Source of the DNA: Mobula hypostoma
Taxonomy: Eukaryota
Reading direction: 5' to 3'
NCBI RefSeq assembly: GCF_963921235.1
Contig: NC_086109.1
Coordinates: 37,760,001 to 37,824,000 of the forward strand
Length of the DNA stretch: 64,000 bases
Position numbers and translations under genes: made by a program. Shown in pieces: positions 51,090 to 63,150 of this stretch (position 1 is the stretch's first letter; the number at the start of each line of letters is the position of its first letter). The notes beneath the pieces were generated by a model, which had not been told where the DNA came from, searched no databases, and saw only the letters and a program-made list of their open reading frames with translations.

Positions 51090-51790
51090 TAAACACAAAA
51101 TATTCTGCAGAAGCTGGAAATCCAGAGCAGCACACACAAAATGCTGGAGGAACTCAGCAGGTCACATCTATAAAAGTGCATAAAGAGTTAACGTTTCAGG
51201 CTGAGACCCATACAGGTGCCCATGGCTACACCCTGAGTTTAGAAAAAGTGTGAGGAGCTGAAACAGTAGTTGTTGAGGGTGAGGACCATTTACACCAAAT
51301 GGAGGTGGGTGATGGTGGAGGGGAAATGGCCAAGTCTGTTGCCAAGAAAGATATGTAGAGCTTTAAGGCCTTCTTGATGGGGAGGGAATACAAGTATTTA
51401 GGGACTGGGCATCCATGATGAAAATAAGGTGACCAGGGCCGGGGAATTGAAAGTTGTTGAGGAGACTGAGCATGTGAAGTGTTGCGGATGCATGTAGGTG
51501 GGAAGGCACTGAAACAAGGGGGATAAAATGGAGTCGAGTTCTGTGGGGCTGGAGCAGGAGAAGCAATGGGCCTTGCCAGACGTCAGTTACTTGTGACTCC
51601 TCAGTAGGAGATAAAATGAGCGGTGTGGGGTAAGAGAACTATGTGGCTCGTGTCATTGGATGGGAGATCTCCAGAGTTGATGGGGTTTGTGATGGTTCTG
51701 GAGACAATGTCCTAACGGTCCTGAGAGGGGTCCTCTTCAAGGGGTAAGTAAGAGGAGTTATGAGAGTTGCCACTTGGACTCAGCAAAGTC
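51090..51790 (-). mobile_element. Old Penelope-like fragments (terminal repeat plus RT remnant)
   Basis: LIFIMDAQSLNTCIP is an RT motif remnant. An inverted terminal repeat lies at 51090-51210. Confidence 0.7.
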
Positions 51791-52439
51791 CGACAGACTA
51801 CAGCTGCACAACTTTTGGTTTGATCATGTGATGGTTTGATAGCTGGAACTGAAACTGATATTCTTTGCTTCTGATTCATGTTCTGCAGCAGATAGCCTGG
51901 AGCGCAATTCTGCAGTAAACTCCAAACCATCCTTTACATTAAAGTATTTTATGAGTTAAATTGCTGCAGTATCATTAAACTAAACTGGCACCAAGGTTTC
52001 CTATATTAAAATCTTTTGCCCTTATTCCTAATAATAATGGTATTGGATACAAATACACAGGTTCTCAGTGCCTTAAGTCACAGTAATTATTTTTTGTTCA
52101 TAAATATTGACTTCCTTTGATAGAGTTCCAAAATGAAGCCACAGCATTTCATAATTAAGCTATTGAGTTTTACACACGTTAAAATAGCTTACCTGCAAAA
52201 CAAAAGAAAACGTGCATCAAAACCAACATTGTAGGAAATGATTTTCATTGTGGCAATTGTGATAAAATATTATTCAAAGCTCACATGAACATTCTCTCCC
52301 AACCCAGTATAATGGACAATGAATCCGGTTCTCTGTTCAGCATTTTAAGGTGAATGTGGTTGAAGATTTAATAAGATAAAAATAACATTTGTATTCGTCC
52401 CAATTATGCAGACATTTTGGAGTGATACGAGCTACTTAC

Positions 52440-52511
52440 AGGACTTTCAAATTGTAGAGACCGGCAAAAGCATCAATGGGGATCTGTGCTAGGTGATTTC
52501 CAGACAGCCGT
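52440..52511 (-). CDS. lgr6: LGR6-like receptor, 72-bp LRR exon (equivalent to coding exon 3)
   Basis: Minus strand reads atttttgtttctcttgcAG|A CGG CTG TCT GGA AAT CAC CTA...AAA GTC CT|GTAAGT, a phase-2/phase-2 72-nt exon. It translates (L)RLSGNHLAQIPIDAFAGLYNLKV(L), one LRR that matches human LGR6 LRLSGNHLSHIPGQAFSGLYSLKIL as recalled. RLSGNHL fits LGR6 better than LGR5 (RLAGNAL) or LGR4. Confidence 0.88.
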
Positions 52512-52802
52512 CTGCAAGAGAAACAAAAATATAGCCATGTGCATTTAATCTTGGTAAAATAATTCACTGTGAAAACAGCCAATTAGTAGCAGTAGAAACA
52601 CAAAATACATTACTAGCAATGCAATACTGGGAACAGGTGTGCAAGTTAACCATGACCAGATTGCAAGAAGTTGCATTATATTTTCAAAGAGCGGAAGAGA
52701 TTTGTACATTATATATAATTAATAATTAGTGATGGATATTCATAACTGAAGATATTTAAGTATATGTACACAAATAATAATTTTACAAAATAAGCCTGTA
52801 AA

Positions 52803-54655
52803 AATGCCATTCCCTTTTCTCAGTTCCTTCGTCTCTGCCACATCCGTCCCCAGTATGAGGCTTTACTTTCCAGGACACCAGAGGTATCCTTCTTCAAAGA
52901 AATGGTTTCCATTCCTCCACCATTGATGCTGCCCTCACCTGCATCTCATCCATTTCACAGACACCTGCACTCACCTTGTCTTCCTGCAGCTTTAACAGGT
53001 TTAGAATTACTCTTGTCCTCATCAACCATGCCATGAGCCTTGTATCCAACACATCATTCTCTACAATTTTCACCATCTTCCTTGTGATCCTACCACCAAA
53101 CACGTCTTTCTCCATCCCCCCACCCACTCTCTGCTTTCTGCAGGAATTGCTCCATCCATGATTCTGTTGTCCTATCGTCCCTCTCCGTTAATCTCTCTCC
53201 TAGCACATGTCCCTACAAGTGACAGCAATGCTTCAGCTGCCCATTCACCTCCTCCCTCACCTCCGTTCAGGGCCACAAACTGTCCTTCCAGCTGAGGCCA
53301 CACTTAACCTGCAATTCTGATGGCTTCATACACTGTATCCAGTGCTCTTGATGTGGCCTCCTCTGCACTGGTGAGACCTGGTGTTAACTGGGGGACCATT
53401 TTCTCGAGCACTTCTGCTCCGTCTGCAAAAAGCAGGATATCCCAGTCGTCGACCATCTTAATTCTAATCCCTTTTCTCATTCCGACATGTCAATCCATGT
53501 CTTCCTCTTTTATGACGATGAGGTGAAGGAGCAACACCTCATATTCGTTTTGCTGAACACCTATGCTCCGTCCGCCAGAGAAAGCAGGATCTCCCAGTGG
53601 CCACACATTTTAATTCCATGTCCCATTCCCATTCCGATATGTCTATCCACGGCCTCCTCTACTGTAAAGATGAAGCCACACTCAGGTTGGAGGAACAACA
53701 CCTTATATTCCGTCTGGGTAGCCTCCAACCTGATGGCATGAACATTGACTTCTCAAACTTCCACTAATGCCCCACCTCGCCCTTGTACCCCATCTGCTAT
53801 TTATTTATATACACACATTCTTTTTCTCTCTCTCCTTTTTCTCCCTCTGTCCCCCTCACTATACCCCTTGTCCATCCTCTGTTTTTCCCCCCTCCCCCTT
53901 TTCTTTCTCCTTAGGCCTCCTGTCCCATGATCCTCTCGTATCCCTTTTGTCAATCAACTGTCCAACTCTTAGCTCCATCCCTCCCCCTCCTGTCTTCTCC
54001 TATCATTTCGGATCTCCACCTCCCCCTCCCACTTTCAAATCTCTTACTAGCTCTTCTTTCAGTTAGTCCTGACAAAGGGTCTCGGACCGAAACCTCAACT
54101 GTACTTCTTCCTAGAGATGCTGCCTGGCCTGCCGCGTTCACCAGCAACTTTGATGTGTGTTGCTTGAAATTCCAGCGTCTGCAGATTTCCTCGTGTTTAC
54201 GTTTTCATATTCTGCCTAGTTAGCTTCCAACCTGGTTGCATGAACGTCAGTTTCTTCTTCTGGTAATTTATTTTTCTCTCTCATTTCCCTCTTCTTCTAT
54301 TCCCTACTAAGGCTTCTTACCTCTTCTCCTCTTTTGGTGCCCCTCTTTCTTCCCTTTCATCCATGGTCCACTCTTCTCTCCTATCAGATTCCTACTTCTC
54401 CGACCCTTTGCCTTTTCCACCCACACCTCCTAGTTTCTTACTTTATTCCCCTTCCCCCACCCACCTGGCTTCACCCATCACATTCAAGCTTGTCCTCTTT
54501 CCCCTGCCCCACTTTTTTATTCTGTTATCTTCCCCCTTCCTTTCCAGTCCTGATGAAGGGTCCTGTCTCAAAACATTGCCTGTTTGTTCGTTTCCTTCAG
54601 CATTTGGTGTGTGTTACTCTGGATTTCTAGCATCTGCAGAATCTCATGTGTTTAC
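52803..54655 (+). mobile_element. Old Penelope-like element with a younger Penelope 3' fragment nested at ~53547-54204
   Basis: 52803-53546 parallels 49690-50455 in decayed form. 53547-54204 is close to 50296-50943. TCATATTC flanks the nested piece (53539-53546, 54205-54212). Confidence 0.82.
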
Positions 54656-55369
54656 AAAACAAGGCTTTTAGTTTTGGAGATACAAGAGATCTTTCAATCC
54701 CTGTGTATATTAGAGCAGTGCAAAGTCTTGGGTCAATATTTGCCTGATGATGTCTTTGTGTAAAGCTATCAGTAAATACGTCTTTTGTAATGGTATCCCC
54801 ATGCAAATAATCAAGGCTTTTACTCTTACTATTACCAAAGTAATGGCAAAAGGTTGAGCTAATTTACATTTCAGTAGATGCCTTAACTGCATCACCTCCT
54901 GGCAGTCTCCCAAAAAGCATATTGTAAAGACAGGTGCATTAGAAAAGGTTTCTCTTAAGATTCTTTGTTCTCAAAGAACTTCAGGGATTCAGGTTAAAAT
55001 CCAGCTGGTGACTTCATGGAAGTAATTTGCCTTTTGAAAAAAGAACTATCTGGTGTTTATTCTTGATTAATTTATTATCTGCTCTTAGAGTGCCCATTGA
55101 GATAACTGTTTTTGACATGAAGGACTCTTGATCACAGAAAATTTCAGGTATTATATCCAGACGATTATGGAAAACCTCAAAGCAAATGTTAATTAGTATC
55201 AATCATTGCAGCTTCTATTAAATGAAAATAGTCCAATATTATCAATTAAAAGCTGTTTTGCCATTGAAGCTAACAGTTTGGGGGCTAACAAACCTGCATG
55301 TCGTGGTCATTTAAGTGTAAGCAGGTTTTGATTCCTATAAACTATATTCTTTTTCCATACTCAAACAAG

Positions 55370-55640
55370 GGGTTAGCTTAATTTGTCACATGTACATGGA
55401 AACATAATGCATTGTTTCAGTGATCAGTATAGCGAGGATTGTGCTGGGCACCAATGCTGAGTGCCCAGAACTCACTAACCTTAATCATATGTCTTTGGAA
55501 TGCAGGAGGAAAACAGAGCACATGGAGGAAACACATATGGTCGTAAGGAGAACATACAGACAGTGGTGGGAATCGAACACAAATCTTACTGCTGGTGCTG
55601 CAAAGAACTGTAGTAACCGCTATGCTGCCATTCCGCCTCT
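55370..55640 (-). mobile_element. V-SINE, degenerate
   Basis: atgtctttggaatgcaggaggaaaacagagcacatggaggaaac is the reverse complement of the SINE core. Confidence 0.6.
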
Positions 55641-57511
55641 AATTCCTAGAGCAGCACACAGTTAATACAGGAATGCCTGTCCAAGGACATCTCAAGAGTC
55701 ATGTATTTTGATATGGTTAGCAATATTCCAAGTTGCTTGGGGATGTGAAGGATCAGAATAAAATCATCAATTTGACTAGCTAAGACCCATTCCACCATAC
55801 AGTTTGAGTTGGCAGTCAATAAACAAGTTTCTAATAGTATTTTTTAACACCATGACCTACTGAATTTATATATAATATATGCCCGTAATGACTGTATTTA
55901 AATCTGGTAAATCAACAATATATTCTTTAGAGAGATACATGGCAATTTCATTTTATTTTGCTGAATACATTGTAATTTGCCAGTGAGTCCTTTATAAAGT
56001 TGAACAAATTGGATGCACTTCACTGCCAATGAAAACTATATTCATTAAAATAACCACTTGTGAAACAATAAGCCAGCCAGGGAGAGTACCAATGAAAACT
56101 GCATTAAAACGGTAGAGTCTTGCGTGATGGACCTACAAAATCCAGCTGAGATAACTGACGGCTCATAGAAATTACATGAAGGAACAATTAACCTAGTGTT
56201 ACAGTCTACCTCCTGAATCACCAAGTACACATTTAAAGGAATATTACTAAAATGATTGTGTTGGATTTCATTCATAATACCACCAGTACTAAAAATAATT
56301 GCATCTCTCATATTGTTATTTTCAAATAAGACACAAAAAATAACTGATTGTTACCTTCTCTCAGTGCAAATAACATGGGTATGATTCTGGGTATTTAAGT
56401 AAAGAGGCAACCCCCTTTACTGAGCAGGACTGTTGGAAATTCACTAAGAAACATATGGTAACAGGGCAAATTTTGGCCAATATCTTCTCACAAACAATGC
56501 AGGAAATGGAAACCAATGAAAGTGAGGAATACAAAAAAGAAAAAAATAAACAGGAAATCAGAGCGAAAGAAGCAGAACTTCTTCAAATTTGAAATAGCAT
56601 ATGGGGAAGTGGTAGTGAATTCAATATTAATCTGAAAGTAACCACAGATGTTATGATTTTATGTCCATAGGTATAATACATCTACAGCACTTGTTTCAGA
56701 ATAATATGATCAATGCAAATCAGAATGTAACATCTGAGTTTTCTTTGGAAGGATGTAGGCAAAGGTGCTATTTTCCGACTGCGATGTAATTGCAATACAT
56801 TAATAAATTATGAATATATTGTATGTCAGATTAGACTGACCTCTGCAGCAGTACAAATATATCAATCAAAACATAAGAATCTACCAAATTTTGCTGGGAG
56901 TGATAAGAAACAATATAAAATATTACAAATTTAGATGGTTAAATTTACATGAGTTATTTTTACAAATATACAAAAGTTTATTTTCTCACAAAATACATAC
57001 AATAATTAGGAGTTCATAAAACTACTTCCAATTTCAAATTAAAATACGATTATTACTATTATCTGTAAAATACTCAAGTCCCTGCAGGGCCAACCATTCT
57101 CAGACTTCCCCACTGTGCCCATAGAGACCTTATGCTCCCTCAAGGACACCCAGGCACAGATGTAAGCCCGAAAGAGGGGAAGGCAGTCGGCTCAGGCATT
57201 GGTAAGTTTTGTACCTCCAAATCATGAAAAGTAACTTAAAGGAAAAGGATGGGAGCCCATCAGGACGGGTCTTTCTTCCAATTTTTACTTCAACAAGATG
57301 CACATGTATCATGTGTTGACATGATGACGTGTGCCATTTACGTACTTTTACAGATAATCTTTCATGCATAATGAAAACAACAAAGAATGCTTAATCAAAC
57401 AATATATTTATAATATTATTCAAATAATGGTGAAATATTAAATGCACAACACTCCTCTATACTTAACTATAAACTCCAGCTCTTTACAGAATGCATCTCA
57501 AATTATATAAT

Positions 57512-57600
57512 TACACAAACACACACACACACACACACACACATATATCCATGTATACACACACACACACACACACATATATCTATGTATACACACACAC
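57512..57600. repeat. (CA)n microsatellite, interrupted
   Basis: Direct read. Confidence 0.95.
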
Positions 57601-58095
57601 AGTATACTATATAATACAAATACTATCTAGACATTCACAGCATAACAAATTTTTTAATTGTCTCATTTAGGGCTAAAGATTTAATTGCTGTGGAGGATTA
57701 AATATTACACTTGTAGGACAATGTCTTTTCTGAAAAGGTGACATCATTCTGCTTGGCAGGTGAGACTTGTGATTGTGAAACAATCTCAGGTACTGGGGTC
57801 TCCTCCATGGTAGTTGAAGTAGTTGACTCTGGGATTGCAAGAAGTGGTTCTGACAGCTCTGGATACCTTTCTTCTGGCCATGTTGGCACCCCGAACAGTG
57901 CACGACAAGCTTCACTGGATGACGTAGATTATAATGTGTGAGTACAGTGCCTGACATCACCTTTTTTTTAACCTTTTGGAAAGCCACCTCTCATTGTCAT
58001 GTCTTTCTGATCTGTAGTAATAGGTGCACAGTGGCCAGGTTTGACAGGAACCTGTTATAGTAATTGACAAATCCTAAATGGACCACAACTGTGAC

Positions 58096-58131
58096 AGTCC
58101 TGATGAAGGGTCTCGGTCTGAAACGTCGACT
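58096..58131 (+). ncRNA. Minimal type I hammerhead ribozyme motif
   Basis: AGUC-CUGAUGA-A-GGGU CUCG GUCU-GAAA-C-GUC-GACU. Confidence 0.7.
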
Positions 58132-58228
58132 GCACCTCTTCCTAGAGATGCTGCCTGGCCTGCTGCATTTACCAGCAACTTTGATGTGTGTTGCTTGAAT
58201 TTCCAGCATCTGCAGAATTCCTGTTGTT
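58097..58228 (+). mobile_element. Young Penelope terminal-repeat insertion in the Gypsy element, with 13-bp TSD
   Basis: CACAACTGTGACA occurs at 58084-58096 and 58229-58241. Confidence 0.88.
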
Positions 58229-60473
58229 CACAACTGTGACATATCCCTTGGCCTTCAGGTATCCACTGCTGCTTGAATTTTCTCAGCACACTTGAGTAAT
58301 ACTTGTGCGTCAATAGTGTGACCACAATAAGTGATGCTTGGTTTAAAGAATTCATACTTGTTGCATCATGATCTGAGCCCATAATCTTTTATCCTTTTTA
58401 ACACTGTCTTGAGATTTTGGAGATGTTCCTTATTACCTTACTAGTAACAATGATGACATCCAGGTAACAGTGAGTGCCTGGAAATATTTGCAGCACCTGG
58501 TCCATAGCTTTCTGTCAGTGTGCAGGTGCAGATGCTACTACAAAAAAATAAGCCTTTTATAGTGATAAGTCCCTTTGTGAGTGATTATGGTGGACTCTTA
58601 AATATTTTGGACTCGTCTTCCATCTCCACCCGTAGGTCGGCCTCAGCTAAGTTGACTTTGCTTAAATGTTTCCCTCTGGAAAGATTTGCGAAGATATCCC
58701 TTATCCTGGGCAGAATGGTCAGCATTTGATTGTTAGGTGTTCAAGGAATCGTAGGAACACAAGTGCCTGAAAACTGCCATATCAAAGCACCACAGAGAGT
58801 TTTTCAAGAAACACATACCTTAACTTTTGCCTTTTCTGGATCTGCAGTTTGGTCCATCCTGTGAATTGAGAAGCCTTCAGGTCTGATCATCATATCTAGT
58901 GACTCAGTCAAACACAGAACAGAATCTCTCATTTCTCTAATACAGCAATTTTGCCCTTAGGTCCTTAATGTTGCTCTCCAGCGACTGCACATTTGCCAAC
59001 ACGATGCTGGGTGGAGGCTGCCTCATTCATCTGCATCAGCCTGGCTTGGAGACCCCACCCACCCACCACTCCTGCCTTGCTTCTGGCCATGGTGATGAAC
59101 CTTCATCTGGTTAAAGGTGCTGTACCTGCTTGCTTGAGAATCAAGTCCGCCGAGTCTTTCAGAAGATCGTGAAATCTGTAGTTCATTAAGTTGATTCAAA
59201 ATACGTTGCTTAATGGGAAGTTACATGCTGCAGATTGCAGTAAGAATAGTTCAAAAAAAGTAAGTTTAGAAGTATTGTATGTAGCCTACATATCATCGCC
59301 GTGGTTTACCAGTGCCATCTTACCGAGGAAACTTGAACATCTTGCCAAGCTTGAAGGTGGATAGTCATCTCGAGTTTGCTTTAAAAATACCTCATCGTCA
59401 CCATTAAGTTTTGTAACTCTGAAACATAAGAACTAATTGAAAGGAAAAGGAGCCCCAGAGGACTTACTTTATTTTTTTTACTTTAGTGATGCGTGCATAT
59501 ATCAATCACATGGTGGTATGATAACATACGCCATTTGCATACTTTTACAGATAACCCACAATACATTATGTAAACAATAAAGAATGCTCAATCAAACAAT
59601 ATATTTACAATATTACTCAAATATTACTGAAATTTTAAATACACAACAGGCAGAATCCTTGACTACCCTCTGCTTGAATCTGTAAATAGCCAGCAGAGGT
59701 AAAGCTAATCTGGAATAAAAAATAAATTGAGACCTCTGGTAACGTATGGATTAATACCACGATGATCAGGTGATACTACATTTACTGATCCATCAGGGAA
59801 GTTTGTCGGAAATTTTTAATTGAATAATATAAGAACACAAAAACAACAAGAGATATTCAGCATATATCATTGTTACTTCAATGAGATTCATGCACGAAGG
59901 ACAAACTAAATTTTATTATCAATGTAGATATGTGTCACCATATACAACCCTGAGGTTCATTTTCTTATGGCCATACTTAACAAGTCTATAGGATAATAAC
60001 TATAACAGAATCAGTGAAGGACCACCCAACTTGTATTAGATGGATTTGTTCTCCATAATTTCCACAAAATGATAATTAAAACCAGATCCAGTACCAGCTG
60101 CTCCAGTAGTGATGTGCTGACACAGACTTCATGAAGGATTTTACTTCATCCAAATAACGTGGAACAATGAAATTTGTTTTCTTGATTTGGCTCTGTAGTC
60201 TGCCATCACCAAATGCATAAGGAATTATATCAAGGTTATTACTTTCTGTTAGTTTCTCATTTGTTTATTACACTGCCTGTAAAATCTGTTTACCTCACCA
60301 CTATCAGAATAATTTCATCTAGTGCTCAATGTCAGAGTGAAATGTGTATTCGAAAATATATGCCAACATCTCATTTTCATTAACAGCATTACCGTGTACT
60401 GTTCAACACCATTGATCTTCAATTACTGTTTCAGTTCTTTAGCAACAAATAATAATCCGGCAACTCAAAAATT

Positions 60474-60605
60474 AGTCCTGATGAAGTGTCTCTGCCCGAA
60501 ACATCGACTGTTTACTCTTTTCCGTAGATGCTATCTGGCCTGCTGAATTCCTCCAGAATTTCGTGTGTGTTTGGATCTCCAGCATCTGCATATTTTGTTG
60601 TGTTT
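60474..60605 (+). mobile_element. Penelope terminal-repeat fragment with degenerate hammerhead motif (60474-60509)
   Basis: AGUC-CUGAUGA-A-GUGU CUCU GCCC-GAAA-C-AUC-GACU. Confidence 0.7.
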
Positions 60606-60819
60606 GTGGAACTCAAAAATGAGGGTAGACTTATATCAATTTAACTTTTTGGATTTATTCAAATTATTTTTCTGTCTTTTATCTGGAATAGTATTTTTTA
60701 AACATATTCCTGTAATTGTCACAATGCAATTCGGAGTATTTCCCATTCTGAATGTTTCCTATCCCTAGTATCCCAAAAATCACACAATTCTTATTAATGT
60801 GTGTGTTTAATCATCTGTA

Positions 60820-61690
60820 GAATACAGGACAGCACAGTGCAGGAGCAAGCCTTTCAGCTCACCATGTGTCCGTCAGCCATAGTGCCAATTTCAACCAATT
60901 GCATCCACCTGCACAAAGTCCATATCTTCCACTCCATTTGCTGCCTGTTCATATATCTGTCCAAATGCCTCATAGACATTACTACCACCACTTCACTTGC
61001 CAACACATTCCAGGCATCAGCCATTCTTTGGGTAAATAAACCTTGCCTCACATATCTCCTTTCCGCTTTCCCCATGGCCTCTAGTACTTGACATTTTACC
61101 CTTTGACTGTCCACTCTGACTGAGCATCTCATAATTTTATATACTTTCATTGGACCACCCTTCAGCCTCTCACACTCCAGTGAAAAGAAATTCACATTTT
61201 TCCAAGCTCTCCTTATAGTTAACACACTCTATTCCAGGCAACATCCTGGTAAACTTCTTCTGCTCTCTCTCGAAAGCCTCCATATCATTCGCTCTTCTTT
61301 CAGTTAGTCCTGACGAAGGTCTTGGTCCAAAGTGTCGACTGTACCTCTTCCTAGACACGCTGCCTGGCCTGCTGCGTTCACCAGCAACTTTTATGTGTGT
61401 TGCTTGGAATTCCAGCATCTGCAGATTTCCTCATGTTTGCATATCATTCCTATAGAGTGGCAACCAGAATTGCATGCTATAATCCAAATGTGGCTAATTG
61501 ATAGTCTTATATAGGTGCAACATGACTCCCTAACTTTATACTCAATGCCCTGATCAACGAAGTAGCCTTCTTTGCTACCTTATCCACATGCTGTCACTTC
61601 CGGGGAGCAATGGATCTGCACCCAAGATCCCCCTGTGCACTAATACTCCCGATGGACCCACCATCTACAATATCACTCACTCTTGGAAAT
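60820..61690 (-). mobile_element. Old CR1 3' fragment with a nested Penelope repeat (61291-61439, plus strand, 10-bp TSD CATATCATTC)
   Basis: KKFTRMLPG and VYKIMR. TSD at 61281-61290 and 61440-61449. Confidence 0.8.
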
Positions 61691-62719
61691 CATATGTTAA
61701 AGAGTTTCAAATTCTATGTCGTACTTTTTCTTATTTATCTACAATACTACCACTGTTCTGTGATTTTTCAAGACCATAAACGTGTATTGCTCCTTGAACA
61801 CTATAAAAGTTTATCTTCTATAATTTGGAAACTTGTGAAACAGTTGAAATGAAAGGAAGTTCCAAAAGATTAACTATTGACTAAGTTTGTAACAAATTAA
61901 TTACCAGGATCATCTATAAGAGATATATTGTGTAATATTGGTTATATTTTTCAACTTGTAGGCTTGGCAGAAGTTTACAAGTGATTTCCCTTCAAAGGTT
62001 TCCTGTTCAAATATACAAAGTCATCGCTTAAGGTAAAAGTACTGGGAAACAAAATGACTAATGTACTTAAATATAATTAAAGAAATATTTTTACATTGTT
62101 TTAGAATTTAAAATAATATTTTGTACATAAAAATTCACTCCTGTCCAGTAGAGCTAAAAGTACAGCAGAGTTGCAGAGTTGTTGCACATTGACTTCAATG
62201 GAATGAATTTCTGAGTGGAAGTACAGCATGCTGTTGTGAATTTACAATTACTTTCTGAGCAATTAGTTTTTAAACTGAATGTTTCTTGTGCTTTTTCAGG
62301 GAGATGTCACTGGGTATAGGTTAGCCACACTGAACTCTCAATTGTTAATGTGCATTTCTCTAAAAGCTTTAATAAAATCAGCAAAGTGTGGGGCAAACCC
62401 ATTCAGAAATGACATTTAGGAGGAATATATATCTTAAAATAAATGATTTATATATATATATGAAAATATCAGAGGGCTGTAGATAATTGGAATAGCTCTT
62501 TCTAAGAACTGAAATAATTGATTCCATCTGTGTTGTTTGAGTCATCAAATACAGTGTTGAAGCTTTCGTACATAATTCGATCTAATTAGAAACATCTTTA
62601 GGGTTTTTCATATATGACTATATACCAGTAGGTTATTGCTCAACACATCAAAATGATTACATACAGATCACCATATTTGTATGGTAATTCTTTGCTTATA
62701 TACTACTGGTATATGATTG

Positions 62720-63150
62720 ATCGTAAGACATAGGAGGAGAATTAGGCTATTTAGCCTATTGAGTCTGCTCCACCATTCCATCATGGCTTATTTATTATCC
62801 ATCTCAATTCCAGTCTCCTGCCTTCTCCCTGTCTCCTTTGGCACTGTGACTAATTAAGAACGTACCAACCTCTGCTTGGAATATACTCAAAATTCTGGTC
62901 TCCACAGCTTTCTGTGGCAATGAATTCCACAGTTTCACCACACTCTGGCTAAAAAATTCCTTCTAATCTCTGTTCTACATAGACAACCATCTCTGTTCTG
63001 GGGCTGCGCTCTCCTATCCTAGACTCACGCAGTGCAGGAAACATCCTCTCCACATCCACTCTATCTAGGCCTTTCAATATTTGATAGGTCTCAATGAGAT
63101 CTCCCCTCATTTTACTAAACTCCAGTGAGTACAGACAGAGCCATCAAAAT
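62720..63150 (-). mobile_element. CR1 3' fragment
   Basis: taagacataggaggagaattaggc tail, similar to 31680-32090. Confidence 0.75.

Larger units (their letters stand above)
57200..59648 (-). mobile_element. Gypsy/Ty3 LTR retrotransposon, heavily deleted, two LTRs (~59404-59648 and ~57200-57451)
   Basis: Homologous ~250-bp LTRs begin TGTTGTG on the minus strand. PBS-like TGGTGACGATGAGG at 59390-59403 and purine tract AGAGGAG before the 3' LTR. Remnants CYLDVIIV and LGFVNYYNRFLSNLATV. Candidate TSD GGCAT/GGCAG. Confidence 0.8.

Noticed and set aside
30689..52511. Assignment to lgr5 or lgr4
   Set aside because: The diagnostic residues RLSGNHL and EALW.LP fit LGR6 better than the recalled LGR5/LGR4 sequences. 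A phylogeny is still needed for certainty.
10650..61439. Recurrent palindromic repeat as a CRISPR-like array
   Set aside because: The copies are dispersed, variably truncated, carry TSDs and match the Penelope 3' terminus. There is no regular spacer structure, and the context is eukaryotic.
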